DNA of 64,000 nt from Lytechinus pictus (taxonomy: Eukaryota). The translations under genes were made by a program, and so were the position numbers. Under the pieces are notes generated by a model. The model was not told the origin of the DNA. It made no database searches and saw nothing but the letters and a program-made list of their open reading frames with translations. The stretch is from the NCBI RefSeq assembly GCF_037042905.1, contig NC_087251.1, forward strand, positions 12,092,001 to 12,156,000, read 5' to 3'. Positions 11,941-24,000 of this stretch are shown here, one piece after another. Position 1 is the first letter of the stretch; every line of letters starts with the position of its first letter.

Positions 11941-14400
11941 TACTTCTTGTACTTGTACTTGTATATTTCCTTCCTCCGGTCTTCGGAGATCGGCGGCAAG
12001 CCGCAAAGTTCAGGTCCTTTCTTGATGGTGCTGTCGACATAGGTGGATTTTTAAGATGTATCTTAGGCAGTGACATGTCAGAGAGGAAGCAGAGGAGGGC
12101 AGAGAGTGTGAGTGAAAGAGGATGGAGGATGCAAGAATGAGGGGGTCATTTCCAGTGAAATCATTTTAGGATGTGTGCAGGCAAGTCAAGGTTCTCAACA
12201 TGCTGTAGTAGGTCCAGACGCTGCGTCAAGAGGACTGGACATGAGGCAAGAAAGTGGGTAGTGGTTTCTTCCTCTAGAGAGCAGAGCTTGCAGGTTGGGT
12301 CTGTGCTCTTCCCGATGGTGACTAGGCGTCGTTGTGTGGGATAAGTGGACGTAAGCAGCTGAGCGCGTAAAATCACAGCTGATCGAAGATGGGTCGGTAG
12401 TGAAGAAGGGTAAAGTGACGATATCTTGGGGAGCATTGAGAGGTTACTCTGACCATAGGCTGAGGGATGAGAATTTCTCAATGCACACTCTGGCTTCTTC
12501 CATTTGGGCATCATACACTTTACTCCTGCACAGAGTTTTCCAGCGGTGGTATGAGAAATCTTCAGATAGGAGAGAGGTGAGTGAGGGAAGGTTGTACTTA
12601 GAGAGTAGTTTATTCCAATAGATGATAGTAGGAGTCTTGGTGGAGAGAGCATGGAGGAATGAGCGAAATTCAAATCTATACTATGGTCGATGTTGAAGAG
12701 CTGTCCTATCAGAAGGAAAGTGTTCAGTTCAATCTCGCGGGAGAGGTGAAGTAGGTTATAGTTAACAGGAAGATAGATATATTGGGGGCAGATCTCGGTA
12801 GACCCAAGAGTTTCTTGAAAAGGGAGTGTTGGGCAGAATCAAGTTTGTTGAGTGAGGATTGAGTGAAACACAGGAGCTGTGACCCATAGGTCATTCCGGG
12901 TAAGTAGAAAGTTTTCCAGAGCTTCGCAAGGGTGTGGGGGAGGAAGAGGTTATTGCTGCTGTTGCTACCGATGATGGCGAAGAGGGTGTTGTATCCCTTG
13001 GTGATTATGTGTTGAGTGTGGTCATACGGGATGGTTGATTTGGTGATGCCAAGGTGGGGATGATGAGAGACCTCTCTGATTCTGTCACCGTCAATGAAGA
13101 ATTGGCAGGATGGGTGGATGCTGCGCTTTGACTTGAAGATGAGGATGGCACTTTTGGAGGGATTGATAGAGTATTCCCAATGAGTGGCATATTCATCTGT
13201 GACATTCAGCATTTGCTGAAGTTCAGTGGGAGAACTTGCAAGAAGGGCAACATCATCAGCAAGGATAATTACACCTGCGTATCTATTCTGGAAGGTGCAG
13301 CCAATCCCCTTGTCCCGGAGAGTCTTGATGAGGTCATCAACGAATACGTTGTACAGCGTGGGAGAGAGTATTCCTCCTTGTCTGACACCCTTGTTTAGTG
13401 GGATGAAGGATCTGACAGCACCTTTTTCCAGGTGACACGACTTGAAGCACCTTGGTAGAGGGCGTTCAAAGTGGATTGTACAGAGGATGGAATTGGTGTG
13501 TCTTGAAGTTTTGAGAAGAGGCCACTATGAGAAACAGAGTCGAAGGCTTTATTTGAATCCAGAAGGGCAAGATAGGTTGGGTTCATAGCAGATATGTTGA
13601 GTTCGATTGAGAGTTGGAGGGTTAGAGAAGTCAGAGTACACGACTTTCCTGCCTGGAACCCGATAAATATGGGGCTTCAGAACATTCTCCAGCAGTTTAG
13701 ACATGCACGAGGTAAGGGAGATCCCGGTAACTAGATGGATCATGTAGGGGTTTACCTTTGCCTTTTTGCAAGGGAATAATGAGGGCATCTTTCAGAGAGG
13801 AGGGGAAGTATCCAAATCTGATGCGATTGAATGAGAAGAAGAAGCAGTCTGCGGGTAATAGATTCTGAATGCTTGACATGATTGGAGGTTATGTTATCCG
13901 ATCCAGGGGCTTTCTTTGGTCTGAGTAAGGCTATTGCATTGTCTATATCTTCCAGGGTTAGAGTAACTTGTTGAGGAGTGGAGGCGGTACCTGAGCGGAC
14001 GAGGGGTGGGTATGACGAGGAAGCTACCTTGGAGTGGCAGGAACTAGAGGACTGAGAGGCGACGAAGGGGAATGATTGATGTCCGGGTCTTCTACAGGGG
14101 TTTTAGATGGGTTGAGAGAGCAGGCAGAGAGCATGGAGAAGTATCTCTGCCAACCTTCGATGACCTGCTCTCCTGTGAAGCGTGTGTTGTCATATTCTAA
14201 GTAGGCTAGATTTTAAGTTGAAGCATTACTTGATTTTCGCTTGTTGACTAACTTTTAGAAAATAGGAGCATTACGAGATTGGCCGGCACTTTCAATCTCC
14301 AATCTTGTGAGTGAGTTTAACCTTAGCAGAGGACTGCCTAAGGGATATGCGGAAGTTCTTCTTGGCGGTAAGGTACTTGGATCTGAGTGAGTGAGTGCCA
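11941..14400 (-). mobile_element. Degenerate 5'-truncated non-LTR retrotransposon, RTE-X-like
   Basis: RT motifs LLDSNKAFDSV, GVRQGGILSPTLYNVFVD, ADDVALLA, INPSKS, HLG. C-terminal DPTCKLC..EETTTHFLASC. 3' tail of (TACAAG)n at ~11941-11963. The clade call rests on motif and tail pattern only; the 5' boundary is approximate. Confidence 0.85.
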
Positions 14401-14962
14401 TCTAACCCAATTCTCAGAAAGTCTCTAATGGAGATTTGATGTTATACCTTCCCTGTCAACAATGATACAATTCATAAAATAGCATTTGCCCGTTTAGTCG
14501 AATAAGTTTGTTGTTAAAAAATATCTAATTTCTTTTAGATGTTGCTTTTTAAAGAAGTACTTCTTTGGTAGCGCCCCAAATTTCCAACATATCCATATAA
14601 TTTTGGTAATGATATTTTACAAATATTCAGTGACTCAAGTATAGTGAATAATAACCAAAGACCTCCTACATTACGGGTTCGATGTATACAAAAACGTTTG
14701 CTTCCACCATATCAATAATTTCTTTATTTCACTTAAAATCTCCTTGTAATCAACATTTCCTGAATTTCTAAATCTAATGAAAAAGTTATTCCCAATATTT
14801 TGATAGCTTCAACTAATTTACCAAAGCCAGGGAACACCAATCTAACGTTAAGCTGATAGTATTGATCAGTGCGGGCCTCGCGGCCAGGCCCCACTGATCT
14901 CTCCCGGTCCCTGATTCTGTCTGTAGCGGAGAGGGCGACAAATTATTTTGCAAATTAATTCA

Positions 14963-14976
14963 GTTGCTATGACTCC
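14963..14976 (+). promoter_or_regulatory. Degenerate RFX X-box-like motif upstream of the SPATA17 start
   Basis: GTTGCTATGACTCC lies ~30-40 bp before the ATG. One strong half-site matches the GTTGCCATGGCAAC consensus typical of ciliary gene promoters. Confidence 0.4.
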
Positions 14977-15003
14977 GATTGTCTACACGTACTGAGTGGG
15001 AAA

Positions 15004-18000
15004 ATGGCGACTCTTTTACGCTTACAGCGGAGCAACGGGTCTATTATGCAACAAATATTCATTAGAAATAAGTAAGTGATATCATTAATATGATTTATTT
15101 CAATTCATATATTCATTTCCATACTTATTGTAATATTTTATCACTTCTAATCACATTTCCGGAGTGATTATCCAGTGGCATTAGTTAGGTGTGGTCCCAC
15201 TCATTTATCCTTGTGTTGGATACAGACCCAGGCCCAGTCGGAACGACGCCGACTCGACTGGGACTCGGTACCTCGAGCGAAGTTCATGCAGGCTCCACTC
15301 CACTTAATTACCGCTACACTACGCTCCACCTACCCGAACTTCGAGACCGTGAACTCGATCTGATATTCCGAGTGACAAAGGTGGGATTTTATGGGGGGAA
15401 AATATAAAAATAAATTCATGCAACATCAGATTCAGACACCAGGGGCCCGTTTCTCAACACCTGGACAAGTTAGTCATATCTTTATCCACCAACCACGGAG
15501 TTAGTTCCAATCTTACTAAACCCGTTTCACGAAGGGCTTCCTAACTAGAATCCCTTGATATCGATACTATCGGTAGAAAGAGCAGACGAGACGTAGCCTT
15601 AGTCACAAAATAGCATAATTTTTGAAAAGCAAAAATGTGATAAAACTGCAATTATTGTGATTAATTTGGAAATAGGGCCTACATCTAATAAAAATAATAG
15701 CAGAGGCAAGATATGAACCATGCATACTTAAACCATGAAGACTTGAGCATCTAATTGCTGAGAAAATCAAATTATGAATATATGATTTCATGACTAAAAA
15801 ATCACATGGGGACAATGAGATGGGTATCCCCGGGATAGTAAATTTTGATAGTTTACGAAAGTAAACCACAATTGTTATCTTTGTAAAATAATGATAATTA
15901 TACGTTTATTTATGGTTCCAAACATCATCAAAATATAGTTTAAATTAATTTTTTTAAATTTTTTTACATACCGAAACACACGATTTGACAAATTCTTTGC
16001 ATAAATTAGAGATAGAATTTATCAAAAATGTTGATAAGTGTTTGAAAACGACGAATACGAGTCCAGTTATGGATGACCTGCCGTGGTAGAATCTTTATCG
16101 ATTCAATTACTTTACTACTTTAAAATGAGTGGTTTTGTTGCGTTTTACCAACAGTTTTGATAGTTTCTGTGCATAACAATTACTATTGAATGATCTATCA
16201 CACCTGTTTTGCAATGTAATTTCAACTTCTATGAATGATTACGTAAGATTACACTTTTCAAATTTCGAGGCAATTTTGCATGTCATAGTCTACCCACGTG
16301 ATGCCACTACGTCATTAAGAAAGAAGTTATGACAGGTTCGGAGGTGTCATAAATATTTAGTGAGGTTGTTGTACCTGATCTTGGTAAAGAGGGCTTTGTG
16401 AAACGGTTAGCAGACAGGTAGCTCACTATCTCCGATTTAGTAAAGAAGTTAGACTTATGACGGTGTTGAGAAACGGGCCCCAGTAGTAACTAGTAATAGT
16501 ATGGCAAGTTCCCCCAAGTCTGCGCAGTCCCCCTTGTCTGCGCACACGCATATTTGCGCGATTCTAGTAAAAGAAGATACGCAACGAACACAGACTTTAC
16601 ACATGCAATACATAGACAGGTATTCATAAAAAAATCTGACTCAAAATGGTGGAAAAATAATGAAATTTGGGCATTTCATGTGACGGCCTCAAAATGCAGC
16701 CTTTCTCATCAAAATCCCCGAATCGTGTGCAAAGTAAATGAGTGCGCAGACATGGGGTACTATTTTTTTTTCAATCTGAAAATGACTGCCCGAGGTTTTT
16801 TCAAGAAAATCCTATATTTTCTTTCATTTTTCAATGAGAAATTTGGTACACTTACTCATGATAATAAAAGGAACCTTATTAACTGAAAGATTTTGTGAAA
16901 TAAGAAGAAATTCATGTGAAATCTTAACTCAAATTGTTAGGTGCGCAGACTTGGGGCCCACCATCATACAGTACTCAGCAAATGGTGGGCACCAAGACGG
17001 CCAAGTCTGTGCACCTAACATGAAATGCCCTAAATTCATTATTTTTCCACTATTTTGAGTCAAAATGTTTTATGAATACCTGTCTATGTATTGCATGTGT
17101 AAAGTCTGTGTTCGTTGCGTATCTTTTAATAGAATCGCGCAGATACGCGGGTGCGCAGACAAGGGGGACTGCGCAGACTTGGGGGAACTTGCCATAGAGG
17201 CGCTGGTCAGAAAATTGGGATCGTCCCAGTTTACAGGGACTGTCTAAGTTTTTAAAGATTTCTTCACACAAGAAATCTAGGAAAGTTCATTCTCCTCCTG
17301 TCAAGTGCCGACACCAATCAAGTGCGCTAGTCAATGTAAACATATCAGGTTTCATAACAAGATTATTGGAAGACGGTCAGTCATGAAAAATAGATGGTGA
17401 ACTGGGTGGAATTGAATTGAGGTCACTGAATCTATTTTTAGCACTCTCAATTCCCGTAATTAATGTCTTTGTCCCCTAGGGGGAAGTGAAAAAAAAACGT
17501 CCCCATAATCAAGGACAGTCTCAATTTATCAAGACATGATTTGTCTTACTCTTGGTTTATGAGGATATCCTTGTTTTCTGGGACAATCCCAATTTTTGGA
17601 CCAGCGCCTCTACTGATCACGATCTTTAAAAACAATTAAAACTAATATTCTTACTTTACACAAAGTTTCACTTCTTTTCCATGCTTCTATCAGTCTCAAA
17701 ATTGGTGATTTAGAGCCAACATGAAGTTCCTCACAAAACATCGCATGCGCGAGGGTCCGAGCTTGGACCGGACCCAGTACCTCGCGCATATCGCATGCGA
17801 TGTTTTGAAATCAGCAGCGAATTATTTATATGTGTTAGGAACTTCATGTTGGCTATAAATCACCAATTTTGAGACTGATAGAAGCATGGAAAAGAAGTGA
17901 AACTTTATGTAATTTAGTAAGAATATTAGTTTTAATTGTTTTTAAAGATCGTGATGTTGCATGAATTTTATATTTTCTTCCCATAAAATCCCACCTTTGT

Positions 18001-21000
18001 CACTCGGAATATCAGATCGAGTTCACAGTCTCGAAGTTCAGGTAGGTGGAGTGTAGTGTAGCGGTAGTGAAGTGGAGTAGAGCCTGCACGAACTTCTCTC
18101 GAGGTAAGGACTCGGGAGCTATATTCGTTGCAGTTTTGCGCTGGCCGACTTCAAGCAAATTTTCCCACCGGAAACTGTTCACAAATGTTATGGCAAATCT
18201 CTGTCACATTTTGAGGTCAATAAACACTTTTCCAAATATCGCGATTGGGAACATTCAAACACGAACAGGAGATTCGAAGCTTTCCCCAAAATATCGTACG
18301 ACAGTCGGCAGATATTCTTTCATTACAGACATGAGTCATGACACTTGACAGACAAAGACATCAATCAAGAGTTCAAGACAGTCATCAAGACACATAAGCC
18401 AGCACAATCAATCACCATTAGAATAAGTAATATAGATCTACACACCAAACATACAGTACAGGCACCATGCACCACACACAGGATATGAAGTCACAATTTC
18501 TACTAACTCAGGGAGGTCTATCCTGACATCGAGGGCTTCGAGGCACAAACTGGACCCTCAAAAAAAGGAAAAGTTCTGTCTTGTTCGTTCTCCTTTCAAA
18601 AATTGAAAACAAACTTTTCCTTTTTTTTGAGGGTCCAGTTTGTGCCATGATGTCAGGATTCTGTGTCACGATAGACCTTCATCCATATAATCGAGGTAAA
18701 TGCATTATTTATTTTTTTACCCTTTTATTTGGAGTGCTATTGTGACCCCATTTTGGAGAGTACCCATGTCTGCCTTGTATTACACAGATGAGTCCTGAGC
18801 TCTCTGGGTTAAATTTCTACTAGTATTACTAGGAAACTGTAGGAATCAAATATTCAGTTTAGTTGTAGTTCTCAGATTCATGACAATACATTCCGAGTTT
18901 GGCCTTGGGACCATGTCTTCAAAATGATAAAAAAAATCAAACTAACAAAAGTTAGGGCTTGGTGAAAAAAAAGTCAACTGCATTGACTTTGTCAAATGAA
19001 ACTCCAGAGTTGCCTCGATTGAATCATAGAGTGTGATATGGATTGAAATTACAGGCCTATGACTATGTCAAATGATAAATTCTATAGGAGCCTACACAGT
19101 AAACTTCTATCACATGAAATGTGAAGGAACTGCTGATACCTATGTAATGTCACAAAATGTACTTACAAAATGTTTGTCCCTTTGTTTCTTTCATTATTCT
19201 GCTATATACTTCCTCTTTAACTTCTGAGTATTCCATGTATTTTGTTTATAATTCATTTTTGCCATGTGCTCACTCTAAACCATCCAGAGATGCAGAGGAG
19301 CAGAGAGATATTGAATACAAAGCAGTAGTGAGGGTCCAAGCATGGTTCCGTGGACAGCGTGTCCGGGCATATATTCTTCATCTGCATCGATGTGCTACTA
19401 TATTACAGAAGGTTTGGAGAGGTTATCTTGGAAGAAGAGTTTACCGGGCTATGATCAAACAACTCATGTTGGTGATGAGGATGAAATATTATAACAAGAT
19501 GGCTACCTTAGTAAGTATTGGGCATTACATTTTGTTTATATCAAACATTTTTGTATAAATAAACATCAACTTTTCATATATTTCAACCTTTCATTGTGTA
19601 CAAAATGTTTTAATTTGCTAGATAAGATGTACATGTATATTGTCTAATCATTGATAATTCAAAGGGATTGTTGAAATATTTTTTGGGTTATTTTTTAAAT
19701 GCAGATAATTTTCTTGACCTTAACCAACCAAATAATTAAGATTATGATAAATGCAACATATCCCAACCTCAAGCAAATAATTTGAACCCCCCCAAATAAA
19801 AAATAAAAAATAAATAAATAGAATAAAATATATATATGAAAGAGGAATGAATACATAAAATAAAATAAAAATAGATCAAAAGAATGAAGGCAAAATATAC
19901 TGCTGTCAGAGCATATGCTCAATGTGTGTCAAAATATTTTACCCAGGGGGGGGGGGGATTTCCATTGGCGAGTGGATACCATGCGCAAGCATGGGTCTCG
20001 AAAAGCACCCTAAACACGTATTTTCCATATTCTGAAAATGCACCCTTTAACAAGTATTGGCATGTGAAACCCTACCCTTAACAAGTATTGGAAACAAAAC
20101 GATACTCTTGGCAATTATTCCCTGAATTGAACCCCTAAACAAGGACATCGATATTATAATTATTATATGTCACGGACGTCGGTTTTACCTTTACCTACAT
20201 CATTGGGTTAAGTATGGCCACACCTCGTGCAAATCGGACTCTAAACACATTGGCCCGTATTTTGATAGCAGGTTTAACTTAAACTCAGGTTTAAAGTTGT
20301 GGTTGAAGTATGGGAAGCTAAAAGTATCAAAATTTTTTATTAAGTTGAACGTTTCTTATGTTTACTGTGCTCTTTCCTGATTCATCGATGGTGAAGACAA
20401 TAATCTATTTATACTTCCTAGACAATTATGAATGATTTGAGAGCCAAATGAGCTGAAATATGATATCTCCACCGTTAGTGATTTATGTAACAATTGGCTA
20501 TCCATACTTAAACCACAACTTTAAACCTGAGTTTAAGTTAAACCTGCTATCAGAATACGGGCCATAGTGTTGACTGTTGAGGCAGTACATCCTTTATAAA
20601 ACATTTTAGTCTTTTTTAAACCTCGCAAATTTGACCCTAAACATGTAGCTTTCCTAGTGAAAAAGATACCCTTTTCCATTATTTACATATGAAGAGTATA
20701 GTTGCAAAAGCGGTTAGGTCCACTTTGGACCATTCAGAGAAAAACCATGTTTTTTTATTCTCACTTATTGCAATATTCTTAAGGCAAACTAAATTGTCAT
20801 GGTGTGCTACCCTATCATGTGAACATATAATTGGGTATAAAAGAAATCTACCTGTCTTCAATTTTTTTCTATATATTTTTTTAAAAATTATCATCGTGGA
20901 CCTAACCCCTTTTGCAACTAAACTGAAATGGATCCAATCTCTTTTGATTAAAAACGTGATTTTTCTTTGCCACTTTCATTCACGTTTTCATTTGAATTTC

Positions 21001-24000
21001 AAATTTTCTTTGGTATCATCAGAGTGACAAAAAATTTAGAGGTTTAGAGACAGAAAACAATAAAATTTATGAAAAATTGACCTAACCCCTTTTGACCAAT
21101 GAATTATTCAGAAGAGTTTAGTTGCAAAAGGGGTTAGGTCCACTCCAAGAAAATCATTTTTCTAATTCTCCCATATTGCAATATTCTTATGCGAAACTGA
21201 ATTTTCATGATACCCTACCATGAGAACATAAAATGGGTATAAAAGAAATTTACCTGTTTTCATATTTTTTAAGATATCTATATTCTTTTCCCCAAAAAAA
21301 TCTGTGTGGACCTAACCCCTTTTGCAACTAAACTGAAATGGACCTAACCCTTTTGAAAAAAAATGATTTTCTTTGCCATTTTAGTTCACTTTTTAATAGG
21401 AATTTCAACTTTTCTTTGGTATCATCTTATAGAGCTACTTAAAATCTATACATTGAGACATAAAAATCAAATTTGATGAAAAATGGACCTAACCCCTTTT
21501 GCAAGTGAGCTCTTCATATGTAACGTGCCCTATCTTGAAAAAGGCATCCTTTTTTACGTGTTTTTTTTGTCGCGCATGCTATCCACTCGTCAATGTAAGT
21601 GGCCCCCGCCCCAGATATTTTACCCAATGAAATATTCTCATTAATTAGTACATTTGCATATTTACGGTTTTCATACTGTTTCTATTGTATCATAGAAAAT
21701 GGAAAGACAGAATATCATTGATGTATTATTTTTGTTGTCACGTTTCATGATGAGTTATTGACCTATTGGAATCACTTTACCTTTATGTAGATACAAAAGA
21801 TTTGGAAAGGATATTACACAAGGAAATATGTAGCGAACTACTTCAGTAGAAAGAGATATCTAGAAGGCCTCATCATCAAGAATGAAATAATAAGGTAAGT
21901 TGATCAGAATGTCTCAACTTAATGACCCATCTTCTAAACTATTTATGCTATAGATGCTTTATACTAAGGCTAAAAGTTATGAGTTAGAACACAGCCTCAA
22001 TAAGAGTAGACCAATTAGCAAATGAAAGAAATAAAATATACATAATTTATTAAATGCAATCATTCTCTTAGATCTGTTATTGGATAAAGATAGTATATTT
22101 AGCCCATAATTAGATTATATACCTTGGAGATTCAGACAGTAATGGAAGCTACTGTTCGCTTTCAATTCTTGGATCAAAGCTTGCAGTCAGTCCGATTTAA
22201 TGCACTTCATATCATAATGATTTGCAGAATAATTGGCCTTCCATATAAAATAGCACATGAGTCAGATGAATACACTAAAAAAAGACATTGGATTTGAATT
22301 AATGTTACATTGTATTGCACATTTTCTAAATGTGAAGTATGTAATATTCTATTTAAAAAAGGAATCTTATGTCACTGCGCTCAACCAACAATAAGAAATC
22401 ACAAAATATGGATCCAAGGTGAGTTGTAAAGAGGTTAATATTAATTTTACATGAAATATTGATATATTACATAAATTTCTTTCATATTTGCAGGAAAGAA
22501 TTGGAGGAGTACAAAATGCAGCAAGATGAAGAAAAAGCACAAAAACTACAATTAGAGATCAAAGAAAAGGTGTTTGAAGAAGCCAGGAAGAATCACTATC
22601 TCCTTAGTACTGAAGTGGTAAATAAATCATAAATCATATTATCGGATGTTCCTTATTACATTTTGATTTGTCCCTGCAAAAGAAACTGTGTTAGGTGTTT
22701 GATCAAGTCAGGGTCTACATTTGTTTTACAAAATAGTTGCAATGTCACAAGTTTTATTTCCAAAAAGACTATTCCAAATCCCAATATGAGCTCCAGTATT
22801 AAAGGAGAGAAACAAGTCATTTTCTAGATACATGTATGCAGTAACAGGTTCAATGCAAAAGGGTCAGCGCATGTGTATCCCAAAATGTTAATGATGCACA
22901 AAAGAAGGCCTTGACTAGAAAATTATGAGTTTTCATTGTATAGGATGTTACATTATTTTTCTTCTGAACAGAATTTTGTTACTCAGAAATTTTCAGAATT
23001 TCAAGTTCTCAAAGAGTTTTCTCCATTGAGGTGTAGTTGGAGTAATATCTTACTGTATAGGCAATATGAAATTGCATTCTGTTAAAAGCTTAATTGTTGG
23101 GCTATTTGGGCTACTTTCTTTGGTACAAGAATTTCAAAATGGCCCTATATACAGTGTAGGAAGCTATTTCTTCTTGTTTGCCAACCCTTGAAAAATAATA
23201 TTCATTTTCCTCCCCTGCAGGTTCCTGGTGTTTACAACTCACCTTTCAAGCCTTACCCAGACGAGATGGAGTTCATCTTAAGAAGTGTTAAGCCACGCCC
23301 ACCCCCTGGTCCAAACCCGAAGAGAGACAATAGATCAGGCAAGGTGATAGCACCAAGCCCTCCTTTACCCCTCACTACCCCCTTGCCACCAATCGGTCAG
23401 AAGCCACAGGTAAGATCATGTGACCTCGTTTTTATTTTTCATTTTCTTTCTCCTCCTCCTCATGCTTCTCTTGTTATCTCTCTTGCTCTCTCCCTACCTC
23501 TTTCTGCTCTTTGTCATTTTTTTTTCTCTTTCTCTTTAATTTTTGTCTCGCCTGCATAGCAGAGCGAGACTATAGGCGCCGCTTTTCCGACGGCGGCGGC
23601 GTCAACATCAAATCTTAACCTAAGGTTAAGTTTTTGAAATGACATAACTTAGAAAGTATATGGACCTAGTTCATGAAACTTGGACATAAGCTTAATCAAG
23701 TATTACTAAACATCCTGCCTGAGTTTCAGGTCACATGACTAAGGTCAAAGGTCATTTAGGGTCAATGAACTTAGACCATGTTGGGAGAATTATTTTCAAA
23801 ATCTTAACCGAAGGTTAAGTTTTTGAAATGACATCATAACTTAGAAAGTATATGGACCTAGTTCATGAAACTTGGGCATAAGGTTAATAAACTATTAGTA
23901 AAAATCCTGCTCGAGTTTCAGGTCACATGATCAAGGTCAAAGGTCATTTAGGGTCAATGAACTTTGGTCAAGTTGGGGGTATTTGTTGAATTACTATCAT

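Larger units (their letters stand above)
15269..18107. mobile_element. Foldback element in SPATA17 intron 1, split by a 2.2-kb stack of nested MITEs
   Basis: 15269-15428 is the reverse complement of ~17953-18107. The left arm resumes at ~17616 and the palindrome centre is near 17770. Confidence 0.85.

Noticed and set aside
19157..19558. Stand-alone IQ-motif ORF (also 23188-23559, 24941-25207, 26103-26357)
   Set aside because: These are SPATA17 exons read through into intron sequence, not separate genes.
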